Positions 60,804-64,000 of a stretch of DNA of 64,000 bases are shown one piece after another; position 1 is the stretch's first letter, and every line of letters starts with the position of its first letter. Made by a program: the position numbers and the translations under genes. The notes beneath the pieces are model-generated. The model saw only the letters and a program-made list of their open reading frames with translations, had not been told where the DNA came from and searched no databases. Source of the stretch: an uncultured cyanobacterium (lineage in GTDB: Bacteria; Cyanobacteriota; Cyanobacteriia; CAKZMO01); contig CAVRCJ010000005.1 in NCBI GenBank assembly GCA_963719515.1, positions 160,001 to 224,000 of the forward strand. Direction: 5' to 3'.

Positions 60804-61725
60804 CGTTGACCTGCTCGGGAATCTCGTCCTGCGGACAGTGACCTGCGTTAGGTAAGGCAATAAATTTCTCAACGCAAGAGAATTTTGCCAGCGTGCGGCC
60901 TAGCTCGACTGGCTCCCAAGGATCCTCTACGCCCCACAAAATCAGCACAGAAATATCGCTGTGCTCTAAAGTTCCCAGCAGGTCTTCCGGTAAGGGACCA
61001 GAAGAGTAGCGGGTAAAGGCTAAAAAGACGTCAGCTGCTCCTACATCTCCAGCAGGCCTCAGCAACATCTCGACAAGGTCGTCCGTAACCCTATCTGGGG
61101 AAGCATAGGCCTGGGCCAAAACGCTCTTGACGGTACCGCGCCGCGCCAGCAGCCGAAAGAACCCGTGGCCCAGCCAGCGAATACCTAACGCCCTCTGGAG
61201 CAAGGGCGCACCAACTTGGCGATGCCACGGCAGGGTAGCTCGGCGCTTATCGTGCAGCAGGCGCATCGAGCAATTGAGCATCGCGACATCGCGCACCTGG
61301 TCAGGCGCATCGACGGCGGTTTGCAAGGCAACGATACAGCCGATAGAGTTGCCTACCAGAAACGCAGGCTCCCCCACAATTTCCCGGCAAAAGTCAGCGA
61401 CCTGCTGTCCCCAGGTCTCAAAGGTGTATGAGAGCTTATCGCTTGGTTCTGGCTTAGCCGACCCCCCAAACCCAAGCAGATCTAGCGCATATACCCGGCT
61501 GTTCTCTGCCAAAGCGGGTATGTTGTGCCGCCAGTGGCCCCACGATGCCCCAAACCCGTGAATAAGCACCACGGCGGGACGGTTAGAATCCGGGACTGCC
61601 CCAGGGGAGCCGCTGCCCATAGCCTGGTAAACAATCGGAAACCCTCGCCAGATCCAGCGCTGAGGGTCAGGCAACGGCGTGAAGGGCAGTTCTGATTGAG
61701 AAGATGTTGGAAGGGGAGAAGACAT
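60751..61725 (-). CDS. Alpha/beta fold hydrolase
   Basis: IHGFGAS, DLLGFG, GNSIG and GHCPQDE. Confidence 0.9.
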   Translation of the reverse strand: MSSPLPTSSQSELPFTPLPDPQRWIWRGFPIVYQAMGSGSPGAVPDSNRPAVVLIHGFGASWGHWRHNIPALAENSRVYALDLLGFGGSAKPEPSDKLSYTFETWGQQVADFCREIVGEPAFLVGNSIGCIVALQTAVDAPDQVRDVAMLNCSMRLLHDKRRATLPWHRQVGAPLLQRALGIRWLGHGFFRLLARRGTVKSVLAQAYASPDRVTDDLVEMLLRPAGDVGAADVFLAFTRYSSGPLPEDLLGTLEHSDISVLILWGVEDPWEPVELGRTLAKFSCVEKFIALPNAGHCPQDEIPEQVNAILNQWLMRQVAAALEA

Positions 61726-61826
61726 TATTTAAGGGCAGTATTGCGCAGCGTTCCCTCTTAGAGAGTTACACCAATGGTCAGAATTCGCAACGGCTTTCGC
61801 CTGAGGAGAAATTTCCAGTGAGAGGG

Positions 61827-62618
61827 CTAAACCAAAGACAGCTGGATGCCTTGCTGCGAGCACAGTAAGTCCTCGACATGGCCTCGACGATACATCGGGG
61901 TCTTGTGGGTCGAGCGCCCTGACAGTCGGTGGGGAATATCCGCTCTTGCCAATAGATCAAAGCCGTCCTCACAGCTGCACTTGAGACACTGGGCCGCCAC
62001 TTTGAGGGGAATCCACTCCTGACGAAACCGCGTCAGCAGAGTTTTATCCTTTTTAGTCTTAATGTCTGTCAGCAGATGGGCCAGCAGCAGCCAGCAGGCT
62101 TGAGCATCCGCCGCCGCTCGATGAGACACCCCCACATCAAACTTGAAGTGCTTCACGAGCTTCGGCAGCCGGCGTGAGGGGAGATCCGCCAGCATGAGCC
62201 GCGCCAGCTGCACGGTGCAAAGCTGCTGGTGAGCGAGTCTGTGAAACGGCTGACCCTGGCGCGCAAATTCAGCCCGTAGGAAGCCGTAATCGAAAGCAAC
62301 ATTGTGCCCTGTGAGGATGCCCGTCTCTAGGCGATCGCGGTAGCGCGGCAGGATTTCGCTAGCGCTAGGTTCGTTGGCCACCATCTCGGGCGTGATACCG
62401 GTGAGGCGAACTATCTTGTCGGGAATCTCTACCCCCGGATCGATCAGGTGGGTCATCTGGGTCTCGATTCCAGAACTGAGTGAGGCCTGGAGCACAGAGA
62501 TCTCAGTAATGCGATCGCTTTTAGCGTCTCCCCCCGTGGTTTCAAGATCGACAACGGTAAAGCGGCTATCGGCCAGACGGCGATAGTGGTGAAGCAAATC
62601 GACAGAGAGCATGGTCAA
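61827..62618 (-). CDS. DEDDh 3'-5' exonuclease (DnaQ-like)
   Basis: VDLETTG, GHNVAFD and HRAAADA. Confidence 0.9.
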   Translation of the reverse strand: MTMLSVDLLHHYRRLADSRFTVVDLETTGGDAKSDRITEISVLQASLSSGIETQMTHLIDPGVEIPDKIVRLTGITPEMVANEPSASEILPRYRDRLETGILTGHNVAFDYGFLRAEFARQGQPFHRLAHQQLCTVQLARLMLADLPSRRLPKLVKHFKFDVGVSHRAAADAQACWLLLAHLLTDIKTKKDKTLLTRFRQEWIPLKVAAQCLKCSCEDGFDLLARADIPHRLSGRSTHKTPMYRRGHVEDLLCSQQGIQLSLV

Positions 62619-62645
62619 ACCGAAACTATATTTGGGAAGCTCGCG

Positions 62646-62927
62646 CTAGTCCGCCGGCTCGATAGTGCTCATCAGGCCGTGAGATTTCAGCATCTCAGAG
62701 TAAAACTCGGCGTGCTCTTGAGCGCAGACAATGACGACAGCCATACCGTCGCTGTGGGCCTGCATCATAATATCTACTGCCTGAGGCGTTGTCAGGCCAG
62801 CAACCGTCTTGAGCAACACCTCAACGACGTACTCCATAGGATTATGGTCGTCGTTATGAAGCAGGACGCGATATTGGGGGGCGTGCTTGCGCACAGTTGA
62901 ACGCTTCTCGATCGTTTCAACCGACAC
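62646..62927 (-). CDS. clpS: ATP-dependent Clp protease adaptor
   Basis: VLLHNDDHN, IMMQAH and EHAEFY. Confidence 0.95.
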   Translation of the reverse strand: MSVETIEKRSTVRKHAPQYRVLLHNDDHNPMEYVVEVLLKTVAGLTTPQAVDIMMQAHSDGMAVVIVCAQEHAEFYSEMLKSHGLMSTIEPAD

Positions 62928-62981
62928 CGTGAACTCTCCTATAGCTGAACTGGAATACAGGACCTTGATCTTACTGAATAA

Positions 62982-63366
62982 TGGAGCTGACGGGAGTCGA
63001 ACCCGTGTCCGCTCTGGGTAGTCATATTCCGCTCATTCACAGGCTTAGCCCACGTTACCCTGTGGGCGGGGATCGTCCATTGTCCCGGACGTGGGATTCT
63101 TTGGTGAGGTCTTAGCTAGCTGTCTACCAAAGACGACAGACTAGAGCATCCGTTGGGGTTAGGTCCACAGCCCTTAACGGAGTCAAGCCGTGGACTCTCG
63201 CGATCTATGAGAGATGCTTAGGCTACAGCAGGTGCGGCCTTGCGAGAGAAAGCTACGATGTTGTTCGCAGTTACGTGTTTTTGAGCCTTTATTTTCGAGA
63301 GTGGGCTCACTCTCGGCCTGAATCACGAAATAACTTTCGCCAAAACGTCGAAACCGTTACAGCCCC
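62982..63366 (-). ncRNA. ssrA: tmRNA (one-piece), tag ANNIVAFSRKAAPAVA
   Basis: 5' GGGGCTGTAACGGTTTCGAC; 3' T-arm and acceptor GGGTTCGACTCCCGTCAGCTCCA; tag ORF 63268-63218; -10 TATACT at 63387-63382. Confidence 0.97.
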
Positions 63367-63438
63367 GTGCGTTATTCCTATAGTATAGCCTGCTGTCCAA
63401 TGAGTCTGCACAAGTTAAATTTGCGCGAACGAATCTGA

Positions 63439-63828
63439 ATGAATCAAACCCCATACCCCATCTACTGTATCGATCACCAGAGTCAGACGCTTTACGTCGA
63501 GCTGATTCAGGTTGTCGAGTCGCGCCAGCTTGCCTGGGTTCGTCCCCTGATGCTGCTCGCCTCCGGAGAGATGCTGGCGTCTACGCTCTATGGCCGGCAA
63601 GAGGAAGCCGATCTGCTATGCCCCCTGCCCTTGCTGCGGCAAGCACTAGATACTGAAGTTATTCCGCTATTGAGCAAAGCTACTCAGCTTAGCGATAGCA
63701 GCTTGAGCGACAGCGATACGGACGATCGCGGCCTGGGCGATCGCGGATGGCTGCATCGGTTTCTCCAGAAAGTTTGCGTCGACAATCCAGGACTCTTTCA
63801 GTCCTCAGAAGCGTCTAGCAGTGACTAG
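63439..63828 (+). CDS. Hypothetical protein
   Basis: LYVELIQVVESRQLAWVRPL..ADLLCP..ALDTEVIPL. Confidence 0.7.
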   Translation: MNQTPYPIYCIDHQSQTLYVELIQVVESRQLAWVRPLMLLASGEMLASTLYGRQEEADLLCPLPLLRQALDTEVIPLLSKATQLSDSSLSDSDTDDRGLGDRGWLHRFLQKVCVDNPGLFQSSEASSSD

Positions 63829-64000
63829 CAACCGTCTGCACCCGGCCCGCGTCCATTTCCGACATCAGCAGCTCTAGGGCCTCATAGTCGACGTCCGAAA
63901 GACAGCCCAGCTGGGTGAGCTCGCAGCTAATCTGATTTTCCATGTCGGGCGTTAACCGCCTGATGTATAGAGCCTGCTCTACAAGCTGGCGAATGACGTG
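63815..64000 (-). CDS. Hypothetical protein, 5'-truncated by the window edge
   Basis: Open frame HVIRQLVEQALYIRRLTPDMENQI...DYEALELLMSEMDAGRV, stop at 63817-63815. Confidence 0.6.
   Translation of the reverse strand, partial: HVIRQLVEQALYIRRLTPDMENQISCELTQLGCLSDVDYEALELLMSEMDAGRVQTVASHC

Noticed and set aside
62930..63000. tRNA gene or prophage/island att site at the tmRNA 3' end
   Set aside because: The T-arm belongs to tmRNA; no integrase or duplicated 3' end was found.
1..64000. High frequency of GCGATCGC
   Set aside because: This is the well-known cyanobacterial HIP1; useful for taxonomy but not novel.

Overview
Cyanobacterial chromosome segment, ~57-60% GC by eye, with abundant HIP1 GCGATCGC. 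A Leptolyngbya/Nodosilinea-like non-heterocystous lineage is inferred, not proven. It is mostly housekeeping: glnN, trpA, glpX, hemA, argJ, carA, ndk, clpP, psbO, cpcBACDEF plus cpcS, alr, menA, rbcR-like LysR, devH-like CRP, polA, clpS, tmRNA and a likely Yfr2 sRNA. Accessory content is concentrated at 5.9-12.0 kb and in three tnpB-only IS200/IS605 (IS1341-type) elements. Main points of interest: (i) a 413-bp TnpB-less mini-element whose two ends match the tnpB element at 28.5-29.9 kb, a candidate stand-alone omegaRNA; both are followed by the same 11-mer in the guide position; (ii) a two-gene P-loop ATPase plus degenerate-NTPase/TPR module whose 17 near-identical 102-bp repeats vary mainly at a few codons; (iii) a promoter, structured ~210-nt leader and small uncharacterised protein; (iv) a ~210-nt rod-like RNA candidate between alr and menA. 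About eleven small frameshifts in the first 33 kb may be long-read consensus errors.
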